DNA of 64,000 nt from the NCBI GenBank assembly GCA_016183535.1, contig JACPEK010000003.1, positions 327 through 64,326 of the forward strand, given 5' to 3'. Under the pieces are notes generated by a model that ran no database searches, had not been told where the DNA came from, and saw only the letters and a list, made by a program, of their open reading frames with translations. Within the stretch, counting starts at the first letter, position 1, and every line of letters begins with the position of its first letter. Shown one piece after another: positions 29,835 through 37,879 of this stretch. This DNA comes from Candidatus Brennerbacteria bacterium. Lineage in GTDB: Bacteria > Patescibacteriota > Minisyncoccia > UBA6257 > GWB1-50-10. The position numbers and the translations under genes were made by a program.

Positions 29835-30065
29835 ATGGTTCAAGCTGATGACAAAAAAAAGCTCCGGCAAATCAAATTCAGGGATAGCGATTTTCACAAA
29901 GCTAGCGGTACCCTGATGAGGAGAATCTGCGTTATGGTCGCACATAAAAAAGGCGCCATAGCAGTGCGCGATTCAAAAGATGCATTGAAGAAAACGCTCA
30001 TTTTCAACGAAGCAGAATGGAGCGTTTTCATCAAGGGCGTCAAGGCCGGCGAGTTTGATATATAA
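29835..30065 (+). CDS. DUF397 domain protein
   Basis: CVMVAHKKGAIAVRDSKDALKKTLIFNEAEWSVFIKGVKAGEFD closely matches the DUF397 consensus (..VRDSKDP.GP.L.F...EW.AF...VKAGEFD); alternative GTG start at 29823. Confidence 0.7.
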   Translation: MVQADDKKKLRQIKFRDSDFHKASGTLMRRICVMVAHKKGAIAVRDSKDALKKTLIFNEAEWSVFIKGVKAGEFDI

Positions 30066-30147
30066 AGCGAACTCGTGAAAAGTAAGTCGAGAAGAGGGTA
30101 ATATAGTCTTGTTACCCTCTTTTTTATGTTAAAATTATTAAATATTC

Positions 30148-30903
30148 ATGGAAAAAAATCTAAAAATAAAACTTTCAAAAGAGTTTTCACTATACGGGAA
30201 ATTTAGTGGTTCTTTTAATCAGCCATTATTTATTATTGCACACGGGTTTTCGGGGAATATGGATGAAGAATTTTATCGTTTAGCTACTTATTGGTTTGGA
30301 AAGCATGGGTTTTCAACATTCCGGTTTAATTTTTATGGTCATCAAAAAGATGCTCGGCAGCTTATGAATTGTACTCTTAAAACACATAGCACTGACTTTG
30401 ACACAATTGTTCGTTATTTTAGAAAGCGTGGGGTGAGGAAAGTATTTGTTGTAGGACACAGTTTTGGTGGATTGGTAATTTTTTGTTCTCGCAATCAAGA
30501 TTTTGACGGTGCGGTGCTCTGGGATCCATCTTACAAAATTTCATTTACAAAGACGATGTTTGGTTTTCCGGGCGGGAAATATATAAAAGAGATAAATGGT
30601 TATCTTATGAAATGGGGGGTAAATTTGATTATTGGAAAAGTAATGGCAAAAGAAATTGATTCACTTCAATGGGATTCAATAGCAAAAAATTTTAAAGTGC
30701 CTTTTAAAATAATTCTTGCTGGAAAAGGTGCGCTTAAAGGCACAAAAAAATATCTAAATAATGCAAAGGTGGAGAAAGATTTGATGATTGTAGAAGGAGC
30801 AACACATTATTTTAATGATCGAGATGGGATGCAAGAGAAAGTTTTTAAATCTTCTGAAGAATGGTTTAGAAAATTTATAAAAATTCGTCGTCATTATAAT
30901 TAG
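30148..30903 (+). CDS. Alpha/beta-fold hydrolase (serine esterase-like)
   Basis: 251 aa; nucleophile elbow VVGHSFGG; low-GC. Confidence 0.65.
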   Translation: MEKNLKIKLSKEFSLYGKFSGSFNQPLFIIAHGFSGNMDEEFYRLATYWFGKHGFSTFRFNFYGHQKDARQLMNCTLKTHSTDFDTIVRYFRKRGVRKVFVVGHSFGGLVIFCSRNQDFDGAVLWDPSYKISFTKTMFGFPGGKYIKEINGYLMKWGVNLIIGKVMAKEIDSLQWDSIAKNFKVPFKIILAGKGALKGTKKYLNNAKVEKDLMIVEGATHYFNDRDGMQEKVFKSSEEWFRKFIKIRRHYN

Positions 30904-31065
30904 GTAATTAGGGAGTTTTGTAACCATATGGTAGTAAAATACCCATATGGCACAAGACGAAAGAATGTTTTCGGTTGCGCGGCCAACTTTTTGAGGGGGA
31001 GAAAGTGTATTTTCTGTGGGTCGTTCAAGGTATGCAAGACGAAGCGCGACTATGCGCGGCGCCGC

Positions 31066-31529
31066 CACAAGACCTGTGGAAAACTATATTCTACCGCGAC
31101 GACCACTACTTTAATGACGAGAAGGAATGGACGCAAATCGTCGCCGATACCGCCTACACAGTGAAGGGAGAGTCTCTTCTCGTTGGTACTTCAAGCGCCC
31201 TCTACCGCGTGGATGGGGCGATCGATACGCCGGTGTCGGTCGAGGAGGATCCTGGCATAATCCCCTTCTCGTTTGGGTTGTCGCAAAACTACCCGAACCC
31301 GTTCAATCCGAGTACCACGATCACCTTCTCACTTCCCGACCGAAGCCACGTACGCCTCACGGTGTACAATGCGATTGGTCAGGAAGTCGTGAAGTTGGTT
31401 GACGAGGAGGTCTCCGCAGGCACCCACAAAACAACGTGGGACGCCACTGGATTCCCGAGCGGCGTCTACTTCGCCCGCCTCGAAACCAAAAGTTTCGTCG
31501 CCACGAGGAAGATGATCCTACTAAAGTAG
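31066..31529 (+). pseudogene. Internally deleted paralog fragment of the BNR/T9SS cargo gene (C-terminal propeller piece, linker, CTD)
   Basis: ..LWKTIFYRDDHYFNDEKEWTQIVADTAYTVKGESLLVGTSSALYRVDGAIDTPVSVEEDPGIIPFSF..CTD aligns to residues about 165-175 and about 290-432 of the 19866..21164 product; no plausible N-terminus or signal peptide. Confidence 0.65.
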
Positions 31530-31539
31530 CTTTATCAAA

Positions 31540-31574
31540 GGGCTTGATACATTCGTATCAAGCCCTTTTGCGTT
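31540..31574 (+). terminator. Rho-independent terminator, repeat copy 3
   Basis: gggcttgatacattcgtatcaagccc plus TTTTGCGTT. Confidence 0.8.
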
Positions 31575-31593
31575 AGAATCGCCTCGTTTGATT

Positions 31594-31833
31594 TCATCTA
31601 TAAGTTTTCTCCGATCGCCTCTCCACCGCGAGAACAAATATTTTTTTATCGTCCAAAAGTCGGAAAATAACCCGAAGGTCTCCCGACCTCACGCGAAACA
31701 AGTCCTGCCGGCCCTTGAGCTTCTTTATGTCCAACCAAATAATTTTCCCCTCTTTCAGAGAGTTTAAAATCGTTGCTATTTTCTTTCTTTCTTTTTCCGA
31801 AAGCTTTTCAAGCTGTTTGGAAACGCGATCCAT
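31594..31833 (-). CDS. RelE/ParE family type II toxin
   Basis: 79 aa; LFRVRSGDLRVIFRLLDDKKIFVLAVERRSEKTYR RelE-fold core; 4 nt downstream of the antitoxin. Confidence 0.7.
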   Translation of the reverse strand: MDRVSKQLEKLSEKERKKIATILNSLKEGKIIWLDIKKLKGRQDLFRVRSGDLRVIFRLLDDKKIFVLAVERRSEKTYR

Positions 31834-31836
31834 ACC

Positions 31837-32049
31837 CTAAAGGCGGGAAAGTAAATCGTTTATATTCACTCCCCCTTTGCTTATTTTGGTGAAATCAATA
31901 ACCTCCTCCCAATGGTCGTCTTCGACTTGAGAAACGCGGAAGATCGGCTTGGAGCGACGCATCACCACAATGGGGATGCCTCTCCGCGCCGCCCGCGCGT
32001 ATTTTTCCAGATTCATCCTGAATTCCTTTAGACCAATGACGCTTTCCAT
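31837..32049 (-). CDS. Phd/YefM family type II antitoxin
   Basis: 70 aa; IGLKEFRMNLEKYARAARRGIPIVVMRRSKPIF matches the Phd/YefM N-terminal fold. Confidence 0.7.
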   Translation of the reverse strand: MESVIGLKEFRMNLEKYARAARRGIPIVVMRRSKPIFRVSQVEDDHWEEVIDFTKISKGGVNINDLLSRL

Positions 32050-32085
32050 GCTTTAAAAGATAATCTAAAGATAATCTAAAGTCAA

Positions 32086-32268
32086 GCAATATTCGAATCC
32101 TCGGACATAATAGATACGTCGAGGTCGGCTGTCTGCGTCTCCCCCGCCTTCGCAGTCTGGAGCTCATATTTATAGACACCACTCTCGAACGGCCGGCCGC
32201 CGTTCGTGTCGAAAAAAAATTTGTCACCGGCAGTGCGGTCAAGATTTGGATTTAAAACACCCCCCTAT
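32086..32268. repeat. About 180-bp relic copy (about 90% identical) of an internal segment of the large FN3 surface-protein gene (matches 19349-19533)
   Basis: Direct sequence comparison: aatcctcggacataatagatacgtcgag...cagtgcggtcaagatttggattta shared by both loci; the copy has no intact ORF context. Confidence 0.75.
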
Positions 32269-32283
32269 CCGAACCCACACAAA

Positions 32284-33303
32284 CTACCGGGCCGCGAGAG
32301 CGCGGACAACATGACGGAGGAGCATTGCCGCATACCCATACTCGTTGTCGTACCACGAGAGTATCTTCACTAAATCACCGTCCACCACTTTGGTGAACGA
32401 GAGATCCACAATCGCGCCGTAGGGTTCGCCGACGATATCGGACGACACGAGCTGTTCTTCCGACACCCCAAGAATTCCTTTCCACCGCGGCAACTTGGCG
32501 GCGCGCCGGAAAATGCTGTTTACCTCTTCCACGGAGGTTTTCCGTGTCGCGAGAAACGTGATATCGGCGAGGGAACCAGACACGACCGGTACCCGCATCG
32601 CGATACCGTCGAATTTCCCGGCAAGCGGCGGAAACGCGCGGGTCACCGCGATCGCCGCACCGGTCGTCGAGGGCGTGATATTCGCCGCCGCCGCCCGCCC
32701 GCGACGAAAATCTTTTCCTTTCACGGGGCCATCCACTAAATTCTGGGTGGCGGTGTAGCCATGAACCGTGTTCAGAACGGCTTTCCTGATGCCTGGCTTT
32801 TCCGCCATCACGGCAATGACCGGCGCGGCGGCGTTCGTGGTGCACGAACCGTTCGAAGTTAAAATCACTTTCTTCAACTCGCCCTCGTTCACCCCTACCA
32901 AAACCGTTTTCCCCTCGACGCCATCCTCGTCTTTCGCCGGCGCGGTAATAACCACGCGCTTCGCGCCTGCCGCGAGATGTTCTTTTGCTTTCTCGTACGA
33001 TTCAAAAACACCCGTCGCTTCCACCACGAGATCCACTTTCATTTTCTTCCATGGTAATTTCGCCGGATCTTTTTCCTGCAACAATTTGATCCGTTTCCCG
33101 GCGACCACAAGCACCCCTTGATTCGCTTTGACCTCGCGCGTATAACGGCCATAGACCGTGTCGTACCGCAAGAGGTAGGAAAGGTTCGCGGCGTCGCCGA
33201 GATCGTTGATCGCCACGATCTCAAACTCCTTCGCACCAAATCCGAGGCGAAAGAACAATCTCCCTATCCTCCCAAAACCGTTGATGGCGATCTTTTTCTT
33301 CAT
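32284..33303 (-). CDS. gap: Glyceraldehyde-3-phosphate dehydrogenase, type I
   Basis: INGFGRIGR NAD-binding motif and catalytic SNGSCTTN; start taken at MKKKIAINGFGRIGR (ATG at 33303), with a possibly spurious upstream extension to 33372. Confidence 0.9.
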   Translation of the reverse strand: MKKKIAINGFGRIGRLFFRLGFGAKEFEIVAINDLGDAANLSYLLRYDTVYGRYTREVKANQGVLVVAGKRIKLLQEKDPAKLPWKKMKVDLVVEATGVFESYEKAKEHLAAGAKRVVITAPAKDEDGVEGKTVLVGVNEGELKKVILTSNGSCTTNAAAPVIAVMAEKPGIRKAVLNTVHGYTATQNLVDGPVKGKDFRRGRAAAANITPSTTGAAIAVTRAFPPLAGKFDGIAMRVPVVSGSLADITFLATRKTSVEEVNSIFRRAAKLPRWKGILGVSEEQLVSSDIVGEPYGAIVDLSFTKVVDGDLVKILSWYDNEYGYAAMLLRHVVRALAAR

Positions 33304-33316
33304 ATCCTCTATTATA

Positions 33317-33874
33317 TTACCTTCCGCCGCGATATTGCGCACCCCACTCGTGAACCGTTTCCGAAATCTCATCGAAAGAAAGCAGGCGCGCGCCGCCGGC
33401 GATAAGCCGCCGCACCTTCACCACATCTCCCGCCTTGGCGCGGAGAAGCCTCGCGCGCCCCGCCGCAAGTTCGAGCACCTTGTCCACCGGCGCCGGCGGC
33501 ACATAATTTTTCAGATCGTGCTCGGACACGCCCGGTTCCGGCGGCACTCGTTCTTCCACCCCGACAATCTCGTTTCCGGAAATCCAGACGATATCAATCG
33601 GAAATGAAACTCCTTTCATCCAAAATGGATATCGCGCGGCTTCGTCGAAGAGAAAGAGCATCCCCTCGTTCACGCCCAGCCCGGCGCGGCCCGCAAGCCC
33701 TTTGGCGCGCGTGTCCGCGTCGCGCACGATATCCACCACGATAATCTGCTCATTGATCTTCACCTCGCCCTTGTTTTCAAGCGAGAAGAGTGATGAAAAA
33801 TAGGGCGCGCCGACGAGCGCGATGCCGAGTGCCATCCCAAAGAGCACCATGAAAAATTTTATGAGGGCCGACAT
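33317..33874 (-). CDS. DUF192 domain protein (COG1430-like) with N-terminal TM
   Basis: 185 aa; ..FPIDIVWISGNEIVGVE.. pattern consistent with DUF192. Confidence 0.5.
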   Translation of the reverse strand: MSALIKFFMVLFGMALGIALVGAPYFSSLFSLENKGEVKINEQIIVVDIVRDADTRAKGLAGRAGLGVNEGMLFLFDEAARYPFWMKGVSFPIDIVWISGNEIVGVEERVPPEPGVSEHDLKNYVPPAPVDKVLELAAGRARLLRAKAGDVVKVRRLIAGGARLLSFDEISETVHEWGAQYRGGR

Positions 33875-33902
33875 CCGCTTCTCTAGTATACCTCAAACGC
33901 CG

Positions 33903-35159
33903 TCAGGGTTCGTAACTTTGACCTTTTGGAATCTCCGCCCAGGAAATTTCGCTCGCCTTCGCGCCGTCCGGATCGTAAAGCATCACGGCGTTATTTACAT
34001 ATGCGAGCGTGTACGATTTCGGCCACACCACGTCCGCCGGCGGCGAACCCGCATAGTCGGGGTGCGCGAGGAGAAGGGAGCCTCCCGCGGAAATTGTTTT
34101 CCCTTCCAAGCGGCTCGCCGCGACGAGCGCCGACTCGGCGCCGGAGGACGATCTCTTTCTCACGCTCCAACCCGTAAGATCAGCCGTGCGCGATCCGGTG
34201 TTGTAAAGTTTTACGAAATCCCAGTTCGCGGCGCCGTCTTTTCCCGCCATCACCTCACTTATCACGATTGTGCCTTGCGCGGACGGCAGAGGCGTCGGCG
34301 CTTCTGAAGCGGTAGAGGTTGGAGTGTCAGTCGCCGCCGAAGAAGTCATAGTTGTTGCGGTGAGTGGGGGCGCGGGAACCACAGGAGGCGCCGAGTTCTC
34401 TGCCTTCGGTGTTCCGCCGACCTTAGATGACGTGTACCACCCGCGCGTCGCGAGGTTCCGCTCCATCGTGCGGCGCGCGGCGTTATTTCCTGCCGGCCAT
34501 CCGCCAGCTGGCGGAGGCAACGTCAAAACTTCATCCATCACCTCGCACTTTTCATCGAAGAGCCTAAGGCCTTCGTTCTCATTCTTCAAATTTCCCGCGT
34601 ACTGGAAATCCGCGCGCACCTTTCGGACGCTATCCGCATTTCTTGCAAGAAGCAGAAATTGGTTTGCGAGAATCGCCGCACCTTTCGGAAAGGTAAATTG
34701 TATCTGCTCGTCCTTATCCACCAAGCTCCGCCCTTCCATACTCGCCGCCATCTTTCCTATATTGGCAATTTCTATCCATTCATACTGCGCACCTTCTTCC
34801 GTGCCCATCCATGCGATTTCACTGATCAACACCGTGTCTCCCTTTGCTGTTTTGCCACTTTCATATTCACACGCCGTGGGATGATCGATATTCCCATTCG
34901 TGTTATTCGCGCCTTTCGTATTCCAAAGCGGAAATGTCTCTCCGCCAGCTGGCGGATTATTCTCACGTGCGCCTCCGAAAAGCGACGCGGTGATTGATGC
35001 GCCGCTCCCGCCAAAGCGCCCAAACGCATACGCGCCCCCTATCAATACAAACACCGCGGCAATCGCGGCCGCGCTCCACACGACCGACCTCCGCGTCGGA
35101 TCGTTTCGCTTTTCGTACGTTTCTACCTCCTTGTCAGAGATAAAAACTTCTTCCATCAC
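33903..35159 (-). CDS. Membrane-anchored protein with two lamin-tail-domain (LTD) repeats
   Basis: 418 aa; N-terminal TM; LISEIAWMGTEE..EWIEIANIG and VISEVMAGKDGAANWDFVKLYNTG..GWSV LTD signatures; contains two copies of the CCGCCAGCTGGCGG palindrome coding PPAGG. Confidence 0.6.
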   Translation of the reverse strand: MMEEVFISDKEVETYEKRNDPTRRSVVWSAAAIAAVFVLIGGAYAFGRFGGSGASITASLFGGARENNPPAGGETFPLWNTKGANNTNGNIDHPTACEYESGKTAKGDTVLISEIAWMGTEEGAQYEWIEIANIGKMAASMEGRSLVDKDEQIQFTFPKGAAILANQFLLLARNADSVRKVRADFQYAGNLKNENEGLRLFDEKCEVMDEVLTLPPPAGGWPAGNNAARRTMERNLATRGWYTSSKVGGTPKAENSAPPVVPAPPLTATTMTSSAATDTPTSTASEAPTPLPSAQGTIVISEVMAGKDGAANWDFVKLYNTGSRTADLTGWSVRKRSSSGAESALVAASRLEGKTISAGGSLLLAHPDYAGSPPADVVWPKSYTLAYVNNAVMLYDPDGAKASEISWAEIPKGQSYEP

Positions 35160-35166
35160 AAACTTA

Positions 35167-37776
35167 TTATAGGACTTTCTTCAAATACTGGCCCGTAAAA
35201 CTTTTTCCTTTCTTTGCGATGTCCTCGGGCGTCCCCACCGCGACCACCTCGCCGCCGCGCGCTCCTCCCTCCGGGCCGAGATCAATCACCCAATCAGCCG
35301 TTTTTATGACGTCAAGGTTGTGCTCGATTACCACCACCGTATTCCCCCGCTCCACCAAACGGTGGAGCACTTTCAATAATTGATCCACGTCGGCGAAGTG
35401 GAGTCCGGTCGTGGGCTCGTCCAAGAGATACAAAGTGTTGCGCGTGTCGCGCTTTCCAAGCTCTGCCGCGAGTTTAATGCGCTGGGCCTCGCCGCCCGAG
35501 AGTGTGGTTGCCGACTGCCCGAGTGTGATGTACCCCAGCCCCACTTCTTCCAAAATTTTCAACCGGTCATAGAGCCATGGGATATCATCAAAAAATCCAA
35601 CCGCTTCCTCCACCGTCATTTGGAGTACCTCGTAGATGTTCTTATTTTTATACTCCACCTCCAGAGTTTCGCGGTCGAAGCGCTTTCCCTTGCAGACGTC
35701 GCACGACACATAGACCGTCGGGAGAAAGTGCATCTCGATCGCAATCACGCCGTGCCCCTCGCAGTTCTCGCACCGTCCACCTTTCACATTAAAAGAAAAC
35801 CGGCCCGGCTTGTACCCCCGCACCCGGGCGTCTTCCGTCGCGGCAAAGAGGTCGCGGATGTAGGTCCATGCTCCCACATAGGTCGCGGGATTTGAGCGCG
35901 GCGTCCGCCCGATCGGCGATTGATCCACGTTCACAATACGATTCAAGTGTTCCGTCCCCGTCATCTTCTCATGCGCGCCCACCTTGTACGCCGCGCCGTT
36001 CCACTGGTTCGCCAAAGTCTTGTAGAGCACATCGTAGACGAGTGAGGATTTCCCCGATCCCGAAACACCGGTCACCGCCACGAAACGCCGGAGCGGTATC
36101 TCGATATTAATATCTTTCAGATTGTTCTCGCGCGCGCGGACGATGCGGAGATGCTCATGGTCCCTTGTGACCCGCCGGCGCGCCTTCGGCACCTCGATAA
36201 ACTTCTTTCCGCGCAGATAATCAAGAGTCGGCGAGTGGATTTTTTCGTTCGCGAGGAGCGGGGGTCCCGCTGTTTCAAAAACAGCGGGATTGCGCCCCGT
36301 AACTTCCCGCTTCGCGGATCGGGATGTGGGCGGAAACATTGGCCCTTCTTGAAGAATGTCCGGAATTGATCCTGCCGCTACCACATATCCCCCGTGAACC
36401 CCCGCGCCAGGTCCAATATCAACCAAATAGTCCGCGGTGCGGATCGTTTCCTCATCGTGCTCGACAACAAGAACAGAATTCCCGAGATCGCGAAGTTCGA
36501 GAAGTGTCGCGAGAAGTTTCGCGTTGTCCCGCTGGTGAAGTCCAATCGTGGGTTCATCGAGGACGTAGAGCGTGCCGGTGAGACGCGAACCGATTTGAGA
36601 CGCCAAGCGGATGCGCTGGGCCTCGCCGCCCGAGAGTGTTCCCGCCTTGCGATCAAGCGTGAGATACTCGAGCCCCACGTCCGCGAGAAAACGCAGACGA
36701 CTCCTTATCTCGCGAAGCGGCGCCTCAATAATGGTTTTTGAGGAATCGCTCTTTGCGCTCAGTGTTTTAAAAAATTTCTCGGCATCTTCCACCGCGAAGG
36801 CCGCAACGTGCGCGATATTCTTTTCCCCCACAAGCACATTCAGGGCCTCGGGTCGAAGTCGCCGTCCCTCGCACGCAGGACAAATTTTCTCTGAAAAGAG
36901 TGATTCAGTGCCAAGTCCGTTGCACGCCTCGCACGCTCCGTACGGACTGTTGAAGGAAAAGAGGCGCGGCTCAATTTCAGGAAACGAGAATCCGTCGTGG
37001 GGGCAGGTGAACTGCGCGGAGAGCGACGTTTCCTTATCAGTTACCACCGTCACGACGTGGCCGCCGTATTTCAAGGCGGTCTCGATCGCTTCGGAGAGCC
37101 GGAGCCGGTTATCTTTGTCGCTAAAATTTATCCGCGCGGGGATACGATCCACAAGAAGTTCGATAGTGTGTTGTTTATAACGCGAGAGCTCAATCCTTTC
37201 CCGAAGGGGAAGAAGCTTGCCGTCCACGCGCACCTCGGAAAACCCGGCGTTTAGAAAATCATAGAGGAGCTGGTAGTATTCCCCTTTCCGGCCGCGTACC
37301 ACCGGGGCAAGGATTACGATATTTTTATCGGACGTGTTTTCCTTCGCGAGTTGGACGACCACATCCACAATTTCCTCGTTCGTGAGCTTCTTTATCTCAC
37401 GCCCGCACTTCGGGCAGAACGGCGTTCCGGCGCGCGCGAAGAGTACCCGCAGGTAATCATAAATCTCGGTAATAGTCGCGACCGTCGAGCGCGGATTCGC
37501 GCTATGGCTCTTCTGATCAATCGCGATCGCGGGCGAGAGTCCTTCAATCTCGTCCACGTCCGGCTTGTCGAAGCGGCCCAAGAACTGGCGCGCGTAGGCG
37601 GAGAGCGACTCGATGTAGCGACGCTGACCCTCGGCAAAAATAGTGTCGAAGACAAGCGAAGACTTCCCCGAACCCGAAACGCCGGTGAAGACCACAAGCT
37701 TCCCGCGAGGGATCTCGAGCGAGATATTTTTCAAATTATGTTCACGAGCCCCGCGAATGACTATTTTTTCACGCAT
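35167..37776 (-). CDS. uvrA: Excinuclease ABC subunit A (UvrA)
   Basis: Starts [22 protein letters not shown] (ATG at 37776), so the ORF-track upstream extension to 38127 is probably not coding; two ABC ATPase modules ([10 protein letters not shown] x2) and zinc fingers. Confidence 0.92.
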   Translation of the reverse strand: MREKIVIRGAREHNLKNISLEIPRGKLVVFTGVSGSGKSSLVFDTIFAEGQRRYIESLSAYARQFLGRFDKPDVDEIEGLSPAIAIDQKSHSANPRSTVATITEIYDYLRVLFARAGTPFCPKCGREIKKLTNEEIVDVVVQLAKENTSDKNIVILAPVVRGRKGEYYQLLYDFLNAGFSEVRVDGKLLPLRERIELSRYKQHTIELLVDRIPARINFSDKDNRLRLSEAIETALKYGGHVVTVVTDKETSLSAQFTCPHDGFSFPEIEPRLFSFNSPYGACEACNGLGTESLFSEKICPACEGRRLRPEALNVLVGEKNIAHVAAFAVEDAEKFFKTLSAKSDSSKTIIEAPLREIRSRLRFLADVGLEYLTLDRKAGTLSGGEAQRIRLASQIGSRLTGTLYVLDEPTIGLHQRDNAKLLATLLELRDLGNSVLVVEHDEETIRTADYLVDIGPGAGVHGGYVVAAGSIPDILQEGPMFPPTSRSAKREVTGRNPAVFETAGPPLLANEKIHSPTLDYLRGKKFIEVPKARRRVTRDHEHLRIVRARENNLKDINIEIPLRRFVAVTGVSGSGKSSLVYDVLYKTLANQWNGAAYKVGAHEKMTGTEHLNRIVNVDQSPIGRTPRSNPATYVGAWTYIRDLFAATEDARVRGYKPGRFSFNVKGGRCENCEGHGVIAIEMHFLPTVYVSCDVCKGKRFDRETLEVEYKNKNIYEVLQMTVEEAVGFFDDIPWLYDRLKILEEVGLGYITLGQSATTLSGGEAQRIKLAAELGKRDTRNTLYLLDEPTTGLHFADVDQLLKVLHRLVERGNTVVVIEHNLDVIKTADWVIDLGPEGGARGGEVVAVGTPEDIAKKGKSFTGQYLKKVL

Positions 37777-37879
37777 ACCAGAAGTGTCCCTGAACCACGT
37801 TGTTGTTTTGAACGACATCAAGCCCAAGGTTTGATTCCTTAGGGTACACCGGCGAGGATACGCGCCCGCGGGCGGGGTG

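Noticed and set aside
30928-31065. ATG-initiated N-terminal part of ORF 30975..31529 (MRGQLFEGEKVYFLWV...)
   Set aside because: The homology to the BNR/T9SS paralog begins only at about 31066. The upstream residues have no signal peptide and read like junction sequence, so the ORF is called a pseudogene fragment rather than a functional 184-aa protein.
37777-37879. LexA/Cheo-type SOS box upstream of uvrA (GAAC...GTTC words present)
   Set aside because: The GAAC and GTTC words occur as direct repeats, not the required inverted repeat with 4-nt spacing. No CTGT-N8-ACAG is present either.
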